A stretch of 64,000 bases of DNA, taken from contig OZ244799.1 of assembly GCA_965219955.1 (NCBI GenBank), positions 2,560,001 to 2,624,000 of the forward strand. Reading direction: 5' to 3'. The notes under the pieces are model-generated. The model saw nothing but the letters and a program-made list of their open reading frames with translations. It had not been told where the DNA came from and made no database searches. Below are positions 9,075 through 18,825 of the stretch, piece by piece. Both the position numbers and the translations under genes were made by a program. Position 1 is the first letter of the stretch. Each line of letters opens with the position of its first letter. The stretch comes from a bacterium (GTDB lineage: Bacteria > UBA8248).

Positions 9075-11983
9075 TCGCCCGAAAACCCGCTCCCGCCTCC
9101 GCTTTCCTTCTTCCTCTCCGGTTCAGACACGTCTTTCTTCCCATCCCCTCCGGGCGCCGCGTTGCGCGCCGTGCCGTAGAGTTTCCCGCCCAGCCATTCG
9201 CCCACGACGGGCAGGTCCTTCACGACGTGCTCGGCGAGAGGTTTGTCGGTTTCGGCGGCGATTCCAGGGCGTCCCTCCCCGATTCGCTCCCCCGTCACGC
9301 CCCTGCGGGCCGCACGTCCGGCCTCCCTGATGTCGAGTTCGGTCTCGATCTCCGCACGGCCCCGTACCGCCCGTTCACTGGCGCCCCCCGACACCGGCGC
9401 CCCTGCGCCCCGCGCGCGTTCACGCACCGATCCCGACCAGTCCGACCAAGCCGCGTCCGTCCCGCCCGTTTCGCGCAGCCTCTCTCTCGCCTGCTCAAAA
9501 TCCGTCCGGCCGGGAGCCGCCTCCGGCCCTCCGCCCGCCGGATAACGCTCGGCGATGAAGGCGGCGGCGTGGGCGCGCAGCACTTCCGCGTCTTCCGGAG
9601 TCTGTGGTGAGGCGATGCGCATCGCGCCCGCTACGCCTATCTCGCGCCCGTCCGCCCCCTCGCGCGCGGCGAGCCACGAGAAGAAGGGCTGGCCGAGCTC
9701 GCTCTCGATCGCACGGGAGTTTCCGCGCACCCGAGCCGCCTGGCTCGACCAGCTCTCGGCCTCCCTGCGGCTCACGGCCTCCTGCTCGGAGAAGCGGCGC
9801 ATCCGCGTGAGGTTTGCCCCTAAACTCTCATCCAGGCTCTTCATTTCGCTCTCGCCGGTAGCCGTCGCGTAGCGTCTCGAGGCGTCCGAGACACGCGACC
9901 ACAGGTCGAGCAACCCGTGCTGTCCCGCGTAGTCGGTCATCCGGTTCCACGCCTCGCGCGAGAAGGTCTGCCCGCGCCAGCTCGCCGACCCGTCCGCGCC
10001 TACCTTGACGATGAAGTCGAAGCCGCCGCCCATCCTGGCCTCGCCCGTCAAGACGGCGGCCTGCTCCTTCGTGATGCCGCCGGCCTGTGAGAGTTTTTCG
10101 AGGTGGGATTCGAGACGCTGCGCGCCCTGGTTCTCGCTCTCCGTCACCCCCCGCGCGTGGGTGAGGCCCGAGCGCACGTCGTGGGAAAATCGCTCGACCA
10201 TGGCCGCGGAGTCGGTCGCGGCGGCCGTACGCGCGGCGGCGGCTTCCGCCGAGAAGTGACGGGCCTGCTCGACCGCTTCGCCGGCTCTAACCTCGTGGCT
10301 CACAGCCAAAGACTCCGACAATCTGACGCCCGCGGCAGGCACCCGGCTCGTGGCGGAGCCTGCGTCCATCACGGCGCCGCCCTCTCCGGTCACGGTGTAG
10401 GCGGCGCCGCCCGGCGCGAAACCCGTGTAGCGGCCCGTATCGACGTGCGCCGAAGTCCTGAGCTGGTGTCCTTCCATCGTCGCGAAGCGGTGCGTGTCGG
10501 CTGTGGTGTTTCCGAGCGAGATGTTGCCCGTCGTACCCTCCTGCGCGGCGGCGGAGGCCGCCTCCTGTCCGACCGAGAGGACCGAAGTGGCGAGGCTCGT
10601 CGCCCGTCCCACACCGTAGGCGAGGGCGGCGGCGAGGAAGGGCACCGACATCGAGAGGTAGCCCGACATCACGGCCACGTCTGCCGCCACGGCCCGTATC
10701 CCCGCCTGGGCCACGAGCGAGACGCCAATGTCTCCTCCCGGCATGAGCGCCGCGGCGCTCATGCGCTCCGCGGCCTCGCCCATGGCGATGCGGTGAAGAA
10801 TCGCGTAGAGCGGCCCCCAGCTCTGGAGCCAGACGAGGCCCGAGAAGTAGGAGCGGAATATGGCCCCGCCCGCAGGCGTCAGCATCAACAGGACCGCCAT
10901 GGGGAACGCCCCCACGTAGAGGCACTCGAACACGACTCGAAGCATCGGGACCCAGGTTTCCGCCTGCCTGCCGATCGCCCGGTAGGCGGAGACGGTCTGA
11001 GCCTCCGCCCTGGCCTCGGTGTAGGACCTCAGCGCCGCGGCGTTCCCGGCCTCGGCGCTCCATTGTTCGCCCGCGTCGTGCATGGCGTTCAGCACCATCT
11101 GCTGGCGCAGGACCTCGGCCGCGCTCCGCGATACTCCAATCAGGAAGTCGTGTGCGGCGGGAAGCGCCGCCATGAGTTCCGTACGGGCAAGCGCCTCAGT
11201 CGCCGCCCCGGGGAAGAGCCTCTGGCCAAAGACGCCTGTGGCGCGGGTGACCTCCGCCCCCCATAGGACGTCGAGACGCGAGGCTGCCGTGGCGCACGTC
11301 ACGATCTCCCGGTCCAGCGTCGTTGCGCCCGTGCCCGCGAGTGCCCCACGGGTCACGTATTCGACCATGCGCGCGGGCGAGGCGCCCGCAGACGGCGAAC
11401 CCGAGGCGGTGACGAGCGCCCACAGGTCCGTGCTCTCGCGCAGGTCATCGGCGGAAATATGACCGAGCAGCAGGGCATGGAACACGCATTGCCGCGCGTA
11501 GGCTCTCAGGTTCCGGGAAAAAACGGCGTCGGTGACTTCCATCCGGGTCGCGGCGGCGGCGAGCCGCGCGCCGAAGATGAGCCCGTGCCTGCGGTAAACG
11601 AGGTCGTCCGGCAGGGCGAAGGCCTGCTCGCTCAGGCGCGTCAACCCTTCCCCCACCCGGCTCGTGAGCGAGGCGAAGAGCGCGAGTCCCAGCGGCACGT
11701 TCGCAACGACCGCGGGCGCGAGGGCGGGATCGAGGCGGTCCACCACCCGCACCGTCGCCCTGGGAACCACCAGCGCGCCCCAGACGCAGACGAAGAGAAG
11801 CAGCCACTTCGCGTTGTCCTTCCACGACCCGCCGAATGCGGTGCGGAACAGCGCCCAGGCGAGTCCCGTCACGCCCGCGATCTGGGCGAGCGTCACGAAG
11901 GCGCCCCCGCCCGTGATCGCGGCGACCGCGTTCAGGAGGTCGACCAGGTAGGTCCCGCCGCCAAGTGTGAAGATTTCATGCAT
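9056..11983 (-). CDS. traG: F-type mating-pair stabilization protein TraG
   Basis: Real start MHEIFTLGGG (11983); VANVPLGLA, WLQSWGPLYAILH, GYLSMSVPFLA motifs. Confidence 0.92.
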   Translation of the reverse strand: MHEIFTLGGGTYLVDLLNAVAAITGGGAFVTLAQIAGVTGLAWALFRTAFGGSWKDNAKWLLLFVCVWGALVVPRATVRVVDRLDPALAPAVVANVPLGLALFASLTSRVGEGLTRLSEQAFALPDDLVYRRHGLIFGARLAAAATRMEVTDAVFSRNLRAYARQCVFHALLLGHISADDLRESTDLWALVTASGSPSAGASPARMVEYVTRGALAGTGATTLDREIVTCATAASRLDVLWGAEVTRATGVFGQRLFPGAATEALARTELMAALPAAHDFLIGVSRSAAEVLRQQMVLNAMHDAGEQWSAEAGNAAALRSYTEARAEAQTVSAYRAIGRQAETWVPMLRVVFECLYVGAFPMAVLLMLTPAGGAIFRSYFSGLVWLQSWGPLYAILHRIAMGEAAERMSAAALMPGGDIGVSLVAQAGIRAVAADVAVMSGYLSMSVPFLAAALAYGVGRATSLATSVLSVGQEAASAAAQEGTTGNISLGNTTADTHRFATMEGHQLRTSAHVDTGRYTGFAPGGAAYTVTGEGGAVMDAGSATSRVPAAGVRLSESLAVSHEVRAGEAVEQARHFSAEAAAARTAAATDSAAMVERFSHDVRSGLTHARGVTESENQGAQRLESHLEKLSQAGGITKEQAAVLTGEARMGGGFDFIVKVGADGSASWRGQTFSREAWNRMTDYAGQHGLLDLWSRVSDASRRYATATGESEMKSLDESLGANLTRMRRFSEQEAVSRREAESWSSQAARVRGNSRAIESELGQPFFSWLAAREGADGREIGVAGAMRIASPQTPEDAEVLRAHAAAFIAERYPAGGGPEAAPGRTDFEQARERLRETGGTDAAWSDWSGSVRERARGAGAPVSGGASERAVRGRAEIETELDIREAGRAARRGVTGERIGEGRPGIAAETDKPLAEHVVKDLPVVGEWLGGKLYGTARNAAPGGDGKKDVSEPERKKESGGGSGFSGDQVMGP

Positions 11984-11994
11984 GGATGTTTTTC

Positions 11995-13407
11995 CTAGCG
12001 CGAGCCGGCGGCGCCGCGCGAGAAGGCGAGCGCCGCGCGGAGGTCCGCCGAGAGCGCGCCCGCGAGTTCGGTCTCGATGAGACGCAGTTTCTCGACCACG
12101 GCCAGGGCGGTGTTGAAGCGCTTGAGGCCCTCGCCCCGATGCCTGGCGAGGGCGGCGCGGTTCCTGCGCAGTCCCTCGCGCCAGCGCGTGAGCCGTTCGC
12201 CGTCGGCGACGTCCATGGATCCCGCGCGCTCCTCGATGGTGCGATGCAAGTCCGATATCCAGACCTGCAATACGTCGAGCGCCACCGCTTCGGCGAGCGC
12301 GTCCACCTCCTGTTCCACCACCGCGCCGCGGTAGGCGGCCGCCGCGTTCACGAGCCGGTAGACGGGAAGCGTCGTGAGGTTCACGAGTCCCAGGGCGTCG
12401 GCCGGAGGCGCCGTGTCCGTCCGCACCGCGTCGACCAACTCGCGGAGCAGCTCCGCGACCCGGTTCCGGAAACCCCGCGCCGCGGGCACCGTGAGGCGTC
12501 CGAGCGTGGGGTTGAGACACTCGACGGGCGTGTCGCACCTGTAGACCGGCAGTTCGCCGCCGCCTTCCATCAGGACCTCGGTCACGCGGCGGTCGAGCGC
12601 CAGGGGCTCCAAGACGCGCACGCGGGGACCGGAAGAATCGGCGTCGGTGACCGGCGCGGTCACGATGATCGATCCTGAGACCGACATGGCGAACTCGCCC
12701 AGGTCCCGGTCCGAAGCCAGGAAGCCCGAAGCCCGCATTGCGCGCCAGGCGTAGTTCACGTTGACGGGCGCCTGTTCCTTGAGCGGCCCCGATGCCGCGG
12801 CCAGGGTCGAATTGCGCTTCCCGTCCGCCCCGCAACCGTGGCGCGCGGCGGCGTAGTCCGAAAATATCCCCTGCCGCGTCCCGACCGCGGCGCAGATGGC
12901 CGCACTCGCGCGATCGTTCTTGGACCAGACGGCGCCGACCAGGGCCTGGGCCGTCTCGCAGGAGTTCAGGTTCTGGTTGTTCACCCACTGGGCGAGCGCA
13001 CGGAGTTTCGACATCGTCTCGGCGATCACGGGCGATATGGTCTCCAGCGCCAGTTCGAAGGCGAATCCCGCCGCGTTCTGCGCGACGGCGCGCGCGAAGG
13101 CGATCATCTGGTCAGAGTCGATGAAGGAAAACGCGCCCGCGAACGCGTCGATGCCGCCGCAGCCGGCGCGGTATGAGGGCAGGCTCACAGTTGCGATGGA
13201 TTCGGACCTCACCGGCGCCCTGAGATACAGGTTGCCGAGCGTCCAGTGGCCCGAAGCCTGGCCGTCGAAGGCGGTGGGCCCGGTGGTGTTCACCGCCGCG
13301 CCCCGCCAGAAGTTTTCCATCTCGGAGAGAACGTCCGCGCGTGCGGGGGCGGCAAAAAGGAACGCGGCGCCCAGGATGAGCAATATGAAAATTCGGCTAG
13401 TAGTCAC
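11995..13407 (-). CDS. traH: F-type pilus assembly protein TraH
   Basis: LPSYRAGCGGIDAFAGAFSFI, NSCETAQALV. Confidence 0.93.
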   Translation of the reverse strand: MTTSRIFILLILGAAFLFAAPARADVLSEMENFWRGAAVNTTGPTAFDGQASGHWTLGNLYLRAPVRSESIATVSLPSYRAGCGGIDAFAGAFSFIDSDQMIAFARAVAQNAAGFAFELALETISPVIAETMSKLRALAQWVNNQNLNSCETAQALVGAVWSKNDRASAAICAAVGTRQGIFSDYAAARHGCGADGKRNSTLAAASGPLKEQAPVNVNYAWRAMRASGFLASDRDLGEFAMSVSGSIIVTAPVTDADSSGPRVRVLEPLALDRRVTEVLMEGGGELPVYRCDTPVECLNPTLGRLTVPAARGFRNRVAELLRELVDAVRTDTAPPADALGLVNLTTLPVYRLVNAAAAYRGAVVEQEVDALAEAVALDVLQVWISDLHRTIEERAGSMDVADGERLTRWREGLRRNRAALARHRGEGLKRFNTALAVVEKLRLIETELAGALSADLRAALAFSRGAAGSR

Positions 13408-14182
13408 TTCCCACCTCCCTGGCGGTGAGGGCGAAGATGCGCTCCGCCAGTTGGTCCTCGGCCACGACGCCGTAGGAGACCGGGATCGCGCGTTTTATCT
13501 TCGTGTCGTAGAGCACGACGGCGGGCAGGACCGGGGCCTTTATTCCAAGACGAGCGGCGCGGCCGTTGTCCGGGACCGCCTCTGGCCAGCCCTCAATAGC
13601 ACCGCCGGTCATCGAGACGGCGAGAACTTCCAGCCCGTGGCGAAGCGCGAAGGCGCGAAGGAGGGGCCCGAAGACGCGGCATCCCGGACATTTCTCAGAA
13701 CCCAGGTAGATGAGGCCGTAGCGCTCGCCGAGCCCTTTCAGGACGCCCTCGCGCTCCGCTCTTCGCTCTTCTGTCCAGAGCCTCTTGGCCAGCGCGCCAA
13801 CCGGGCGCCTCAGCGTGTAGTCGAGAGCGGGATTCGCCCAGACCGCGCGGCGGAAGGCGTCCGAGAACGCGGCGGCGGATTGTAAGGCCTCCTGCTGAAG
13901 GCGGAGGTAGGCCGTTACGTTCCCGGGCGTCGGCTCCAGGATCGCCTGCGCGCGGGCTTCTTCCAGCGCCCGGTGTGTCGCGAGGATCTGCTCTTTGGCG
14001 CTCGTGGCCGGCGGCGCCTTCGTCGCCTGCGCCTCATCTTCCGTTACCTCCTCGCTCCGGTCGCAATAGAAGTGCCAGCCGAGGGGAGCTTCCGCGCCGC
14101 ACCAGGCGCGTAACTCCCGCGCCTGCGCAGTAAGCGCGCTGAGCGTCATGAGCATGAAGACCAGGATATAGATAACGGTCAT
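13397..14182 (-). CDS. traF: F-type TraF (thioredoxin-like)
   Basis: GWHFYC, CPGC motif, position between traN and traH. Confidence 0.88.
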   Translation of the reverse strand: MTVIYILVFMLMTLSALTAQARELRAWCGAEAPLGWHFYCDRSEEVTEDEAQATKAPPATSAKEQILATHRALEEARAQAILEPTPGNVTAYLRLQQEALQSAAAFSDAFRRAVWANPALDYTLRRPVGALAKRLWTEERRAEREGVLKGLGERYGLIYLGSEKCPGCRVFGPLLRAFALRHGLEVLAVSMTGGAIEGWPEAVPDNGRAARLGIKAPVLPAVVLYDTKIKRAIPVSYGVVAEDQLAERIFALTAREVGSDY

Positions 14183-14191
14183 GTTCGTTCC

Positions 14192-15268
14192 TCACTTCTT
14201 CCTGTCATAGAAATCGCGTATGCGCCCTCTCATCACGGAGCCGGTATCCCCGGAGTCGGGGAGCGTGACGGAAGGCTCGCTCGCGCCGTCCATGAGATCA
14301 TCGGTGAACTCGGACAGGTCCACGGCCTCGAAGTCGATCCGCTCCATCTCCGAGACTGTAAAGCCCCGGCAGCTGCTCCAGCCGATCCCGAACTGCGCCC
14401 GCGCCGCCTCCTGCAGGATGCGGCCGAGCTTGGACCCGAAGACGCACCAGACCCGCTCCCTGCGGACGCAGACCCCGAATATGCGCTTCGCGCACCGCGT
14501 GCCCAGGTAATGCGTCTTCCCGGCGTGGCGCTCCTGCGCCAGGAGTCGCTCGCCCTCGGTGCAGTCGCCCAGGCCGATGAGGAGGCCCGAGTTCTTGCAA
14601 CAGTTCGCCAGCCCGCCCCAGCGGATCCGGCACGATCTGCGCTCGCCCCGGAAGAAGAGCAGGTTTTCGCGGTCGAATTCTTCGCCGCCCAGTTCGAGAA
14701 CCATGTTGAGTTTGGCCGCAGCGCCCACGAACCCGGTGTTAGCCTGAGAGGTCCTGGTCTCGCAGTCCGCTCCAACGCACCAGGTAACGGAGCCGCAGGC
14801 GCCGCCCGATTCGGCCTGATCGAGACCCAACGCGCAGTCGGATACCGACCCCGACGCCAGGCCTGCGGCACCGAAACGCGAAGCGCCCGGGTCGTCCTGT
14901 ATCTCCTCGCCGCGCACGGGGATCGGGTCGTCCGTTCCGACCGGCGCTTCAGGGCGCTCGGTCGTCCCCTCGATCACGGCGCGCCCTGCGCGGCCGCCCG
15001 GGTCATCGGGATCGGCGAGCGCGCGGGCAGCGGCGTCTTCCAGATCGGCAGCACCCAGGTCCCGCTCGGGCCTGCTCGTTCCCGCATAGCCGGGCACATT
15101 GGATGCCGAAGCGGGATCCTTGGCGACGGCGGCCGCCGCCGACCGTCCCGCATTGCCCATCGCGCGGGCGGCCGCCTTGGGGTCCTCCGCGCGGGCACCG
15201 CCGCCAGCTGCGAGATGAATCAGGAAAAAAAGCAGGGCGGTCACCCCAATCGGTGCGTTTCGCTTCAC
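14192..15268 (-). CDS. traN: Mating-pair stabilization protein TraN (short form)
   Basis: Cys-rich C-terminus ANCCK...WCVFGSKLGRILQE...CRGFT...IDFEAVDLSEF; GTG start at 15268. Confidence 0.88.
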   Translation of the reverse strand: MKRNAPIGVTALLFFLIHLAAGGGARAEDPKAAARAMGNAGRSAAAAVAKDPASASNVPGYAGTSRPERDLGAADLEDAAARALADPDDPGGRAGRAVIEGTTERPEAPVGTDDPIPVRGEEIQDDPGASRFGAAGLASGSVSDCALGLDQAESGGACGSVTWCVGADCETRTSQANTGFVGAAAKLNMVLELGGEEFDRENLLFFRGERRSCRIRWGGLANCCKNSGLLIGLGDCTEGERLLAQERHAGKTHYLGTRCAKRIFGVCVRRERVWCVFGSKLGRILQEAARAQFGIGWSSCRGFTVSEMERIDFEAVDLSEFTDDLMDGASEPSVTLPDSGDTGSVMRGRIRDFYDRKK

Positions 15269-15975
15269 CTGGAATCTCCTCTTAATTCTGCAAGATGACG
15301 CCGCGCCGTCTCGCGTCCCGGCCCGCCTTCCTGGGCGATCGCAGCGAGCGCCGCTTCGAGGCCGATGTTCCCCCCGATAACTTCGTGGGGAGGTGCTGTG
15401 TCCGCCGAACAACCGCGGGTCGCACAAGGCGGGACGCCGCCTGGAATGACGGCGACGGCGGGGACCGCCTCGATGCCAAACAGCCGGAAAAGGCGCGGGT
15501 CTATGGCGGCGCCGGCATTTGCAGGGAGATACGCACCCACGCGCTTCACCGTAGCCCTGAGTCCTCCCCGCACGACGCCGCGCAGAACCAGCGGCGCGCC
15601 GATCCTGGCCGCCTCCACGCTCCATTCACCCCAGGCCGCTGCGGGAACCGATAGACTCATGAAGACGATGACCTCAGAACCTTGTGGAGGTTCGGAGAAC
15701 CTGCCCGCCAGGCGGCCGGCCTGATCCTCGGCCGGGAGGGGGGCGGGGGTCTCAGGGGCGTTTTTTCCGGCGCGTTCGAGGGCGCGCTCCAGCACGGAAC
15801 GCGACCAGGCGCCCAAGTCGGCGGGTGGAGGTTTTTTCTTGTTCCGTAATGCCCTTTCCACCATATCCCGGGCGGTCTCTTCGGCTGTTTCCTGCGCGAG
15901 GGCCGGAGCAGACAACGCCGCGAGAAGGAGCGCATATGAGAGAACAACGCTTCGCAGAATCAGGAATCGTTTCAT
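15265..15975 (-). CDS. trbC: F-type pilus assembly protein TrbC
   Basis: IVFMSLSVP...VLRG...IDPRLFRLFGIEAVPAV. Confidence 0.88.
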   Translation of the reverse strand: MKRFLILRSVVLSYALLLAALSAPALAQETAEETARDMVERALRNKKKPPPADLGAWSRSVLERALERAGKNAPETPAPLPAEDQAGRLAGRFSEPPQGSEVIVFMSLSVPAAAWGEWSVEAARIGAPLVLRGVVRGGLRATVKRVGAYLPANAGAAIDPRLFRLFGIEAVPAVAVIPGGVPPCATRGCSADTAPPHEVIGGNIGLEAALAAIAQEGGPGRETARRHLAELRGDSR

Positions 15976-15988
15976 CCAATCCACCCAA

Positions 15989-16990
15989 TCAGAGGAGGCA
16001 GCAGTTGCGCTTGCGCCAGAGGAGATAGCCAAAGTTTTCTCCCGCGACGGGAAGTTCGCGGAGCGCCTCCCAGAGCACGGTGGAGCGGCCCGTGGGGTTG
16101 CAGCCCGTGAGCGAGGAGGTGGCGGGCACCGGCTGGGTCATCTGCCAGCGGTACTGTGATTTCTTCATGATGGGCATGGGGTAGCGGCCGCACAGGGCGG
16201 CCGAGCCCGACGTGCCCCAGGCGAGAAGCATGCGGTGCAGGCGGAAGACGAGCCTTTGCGCTGCGAGGAGCGATGCCTGCACGCCGCCCACGTGGGCGCC
16301 CACGTTGCCCGTCAGGGGGTACATCGCGCCCTGACAGCCCGCGCACCAGTAGAGCGCGTCGAGCGGGAGACCCGCAGAGGCCGCCGCGCAGTCGGCGGCG
16401 CAGGCCGCCTGGGCGGGCAGGTCCGCGAAGAGGGCGGCTTCGGGGTTCAGCAGAAACGACAGCTCATCATCCCGCCAGGCGGGGTCGAGTTCCGAGACCC
16501 AGGCGATGTCGAGGCCGCCGCCTTCCAGGCAGCCGAGGTCCAGCAGCGCCCCGATCCACGAGAGCAGGGGATAGACGTAGTAGTGGGCGTGCCATGTGGA
16601 GCCCTGAGCGCCGTCCCCGCCCGATGCGCCCGTCCGACCGCGTCCCGCCGGCAAACCCCCGTCGATGGTCAATCCACCGAGATTCGGAAAACACCAGGGC
16701 GCGCGGCTCGCGTCGATCAGGCGCGCCGGCTCCCAGACACCGAGCGAGAGACCGATCCGGGGGATGGGACTCCCGCAGTAACAGATCGGGGACCCCGGGT
16801 TGGGCGTATCCGGCGCGCCGGCGGCCGCGCCTATCCGGATCGGTCCTATCGATATCGGAAAAAGGCACTCCCAGCACACGTCCGTCACGGGGTTCACGAA
16901 ACGGCCCGTGCACGACTGCGCGGATGCCTTCCCGGCCCAGAGGGCGAAGGAGAGGAGAAGGATTGAAATGAATAAAATCCGGCGCTTCAT
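15989..16990 (-). CDS. traU: TraU
   Basis: CTGRFVNPVTDVCWECLFPISIG, WCAGCQG, WRKRNCC. Confidence 0.95.
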   Translation of the reverse strand: MKRRILFISILLLSFALWAGKASAQSCTGRFVNPVTDVCWECLFPISIGPIRIGAAAGAPDTPNPGSPICYCGSPIPRIGLSLGVWEPARLIDASRAPWCFPNLGGLTIDGGLPAGRGRTGASGGDGAQGSTWHAHYYVYPLLSWIGALLDLGCLEGGGLDIAWVSELDPAWRDDELSFLLNPEAALFADLPAQAACAADCAAASAGLPLDALYWCAGCQGAMYPLTGNVGAHVGGVQASLLAAQRLVFRLHRMLLAWGTSGSAALCGRYPMPIMKKSQYRWQMTQPVPATSSLTGCNPTGRSTVLWEALRELPVAGENFGYLLWRKRNCCLL

Positions 16991-17652
16991 GGGCGCTCCC
17001 CCGCGCTTTCGGGTTCGTCTTCGAGCGGCACTTCCGTGATCCGCAGGAAGACTCCATCCGCCGCGACCAACGAAGGCGTGGCGACGACGCCCAGGCGCCT
17101 CGCGAGCCTGCCGCCCTGGTCGAAGAAGAAAGCCCGCCCGTGGGCGCGGGTTAGATCTAGCGGACGGCCCGCGAGCAGTACGATGACCGAGGGTTTATCG
17201 CGGGCAAGCGCCCAGTCGACCTCAACCGGACGCGCCCCGTCGATGAAGAGCAGCTCTCGCGTGAGGGGACGTCTTTCGAGCGGATTGATCCGCGTCCCCC
17301 GGGCCGCGACCAGCGTCCCCTCGGCCGTCCTGATGTCCTGTTCGACCGTGACTGTGGGGTCGAACCGCCTGATCCTGAGAAACCGCGCGGGCGCGACGCC
17401 CGCGACGCGGGGAGGCGCCTCGACCCGCTCCCGGGCGCGTTCCACGGCTTCGCGCCTCATGCGGTCCGCCTCGCCCGTGTCCTCCATCGCCTTGAGCCTG
17501 GCCTCGATCTCGCGCAAAAGGTCGGGCTCCTCGATGGGCCATACTGCCCCGCGGACGCCAAGGTCCTTCGCCGCAGCGGTGCCCGCTGCGAGAGCGAGGA
17601 CGCATGCCATCACGGCCCTCATGAGACGTGAATGAAGCAAGTGTCGCCTCAT
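16987..17652 (-). CDS. traW: TraW
   Basis: DLGVRGAVWPIEEPDLL, FDPT, INPL, FFDQGG. Confidence 0.93.
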   Translation of the reverse strand: MRRHLLHSRLMRAVMACVLALAAGTAAAKDLGVRGAVWPIEEPDLLREIEARLKAMEDTGEADRMRREAVERARERVEAPPRVAGVAPARFLRIRRFDPTVTVEQDIRTAEGTLVAARGTRINPLERRPLTRELLFIDGARPVEVDWALARDKPSVIVLLAGRPLDLTRAHGRAFFFDQGGRLARRLGVVATPSLVAADGVFLRITEVPLEDEPESAGERP

Positions 17653-18203
17653 GGCCGCGCCTCCTCGGGCTTCGCGAGGGGGCCTTGGAGGCCCAGCCAG
17701 GGGAGGTCGGGGAGCGGAAGGGCGCGGCCCCGGATGCGTCCGCGCGGCACCAGGCCGATCTCCGCGTACCGGCTGTCGTGGCTGTCCGCGTGATCAGCGT
17801 GGACGAAGTAGCGGCCGGGCGGGATGACGCCGGGCGCTACGGCGTCCAATTCGCGGCCGTTCAGTGCGCGCCGCTTGGCGATTCCGATGAATTCTCCTCT
17901 CACGAAGACACGGCGCTCGGAATCCACCGCCACGCTGTCTCCCGGCAGGCCGATAACGCGCTTCATGTAGGGGATGGTGGAACCCGTGGCTTCGGGCGGG
18001 TCGAACAGCACGAGGTCGCCGCGCCCGGGCGCGCCCATCACCGGCAGCGAGAAATACCCCCATGCGCCGTCCGACCAACTCGCGTTCACGTGGACGCGCG
18101 AGGCCGCCACGAGCCACAGGCCCGAGAGCACGGCCATCAAGATCAGCAGCCTGAAGCCCCGGGGGTTTTTTCGGTTCGGCGTCTTGTCGTCTATCACCAT
18201 CAT
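17649..18203 (-). CDS. Conjugative S26 signal peptidase (TrhF-like)
   Basis: VNASWS, KRVIGLPGD, SHDSRY motifs. Confidence 0.88.
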   Translation of the reverse strand: MMVIDDKTPNRKNPRGFRLLILMAVLSGLWLVAASRVHVNASWSDGAWGYFSLPVMGAPGRGDLVLFDPPEATGSTIPYMKRVIGLPGDSVAVDSERRVFVRGEFIGIAKRRALNGRELDAVAPGVIPPGRYFVHADHADSHDSRYAEIGLVPRGRIRGRALPLPDLPWLGLQGPLAKPEEARP

Positions 18204-18580
18204 TTGATTTTTTCCTCCTTCTTCGTGGAACCCTTGCGGGATGCGAGCGCCGCCATCGCCGCCTCGACCTCGCGCGTCAAATCCTGTGCGCCCGCGGCGA
18301 CGGTACCCGCCGTGAGCAGGACGACGCCCCGGCGCGCGGCGGTTCGCGCGAGCGCCTCCTCCAGCCGTCTCGCCCAATCGCGCGCCTCGTCCAGGGCCTT
18401 CTTCGAGTCCCCACCATCGCGCAGCGACCTCGTCACGTAGTCCGCCGTGAGGCTCGACAGGCGCACGCTCGCGATACGGGGGATATTTTCGGTGACGAGG
18501 CGCACCGTCACGGCCGATACGGCGGCGGAGACGCCGGCGGCGAGGAGAAGAGCGGCCGCGAACGCGGAAACCCCGTTCAT
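18200..18580 (-). CDS. trbI: TrbI-like F-type protein
   Basis: N-terminal TM, VVLL..TVAAGAQDLT tail, operon position. Confidence 0.75.
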   Translation of the reverse strand: MNGVSAFAAALLLAAGVSAAVSAVTVRLVTENIPRIASVRLSSLTADYVTRSLRDGGDSKKALDEARDWARRLEEALARTAARRGVVLLTAGTVAAGAQDLTREVEAAMAALASRKGSTKKEEKIK

Positions 18581-18825
18581 GGTCGTTCCCCCGCGGTGCA
18601 AAGCGCATCATTCATCTCGACCCATTCCGCGGCGTCCTGACGTCTGAACCAGGCCGTTCCCTCCTCGTCATGAAACATGTAGTGGAACCGGCCCGCGTAG
18701 AGGCGTTCATTGGCGTCGGCCGAGAGCACGCCCGAAGCGATAGCCGCGCGGAACACGGCGTCGGTGTCCTCATACACCCGGATGAAGCGCCCCCGTTCCG
18801 AGTGCCGCCTGCACTCAGGCCGCAT
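18577..18825 (-). CDS. Hypothetical protein within the tra operon
   Basis: Overlaps both neighbours; AVFRAAIASGVLS...YAGRFHYMFHD. Confidence 0.55.
   Translation of the reverse strand: MRPECRRHSERGRFIRVYEDTDAVFRAAIASGVLSADANERLYAGRFHYMFHDEEGTAWFRRQDAAEWVEMNDALCTAGERP

Noticed and set aside
11984-12988. N-terminal extension making TraG 1310 aa (similar extensions on traN, traV, traC and the peptidase)
   Set aside because: Overlaps the upstream tra gene out of frame; family motifs begin at the downstream starts
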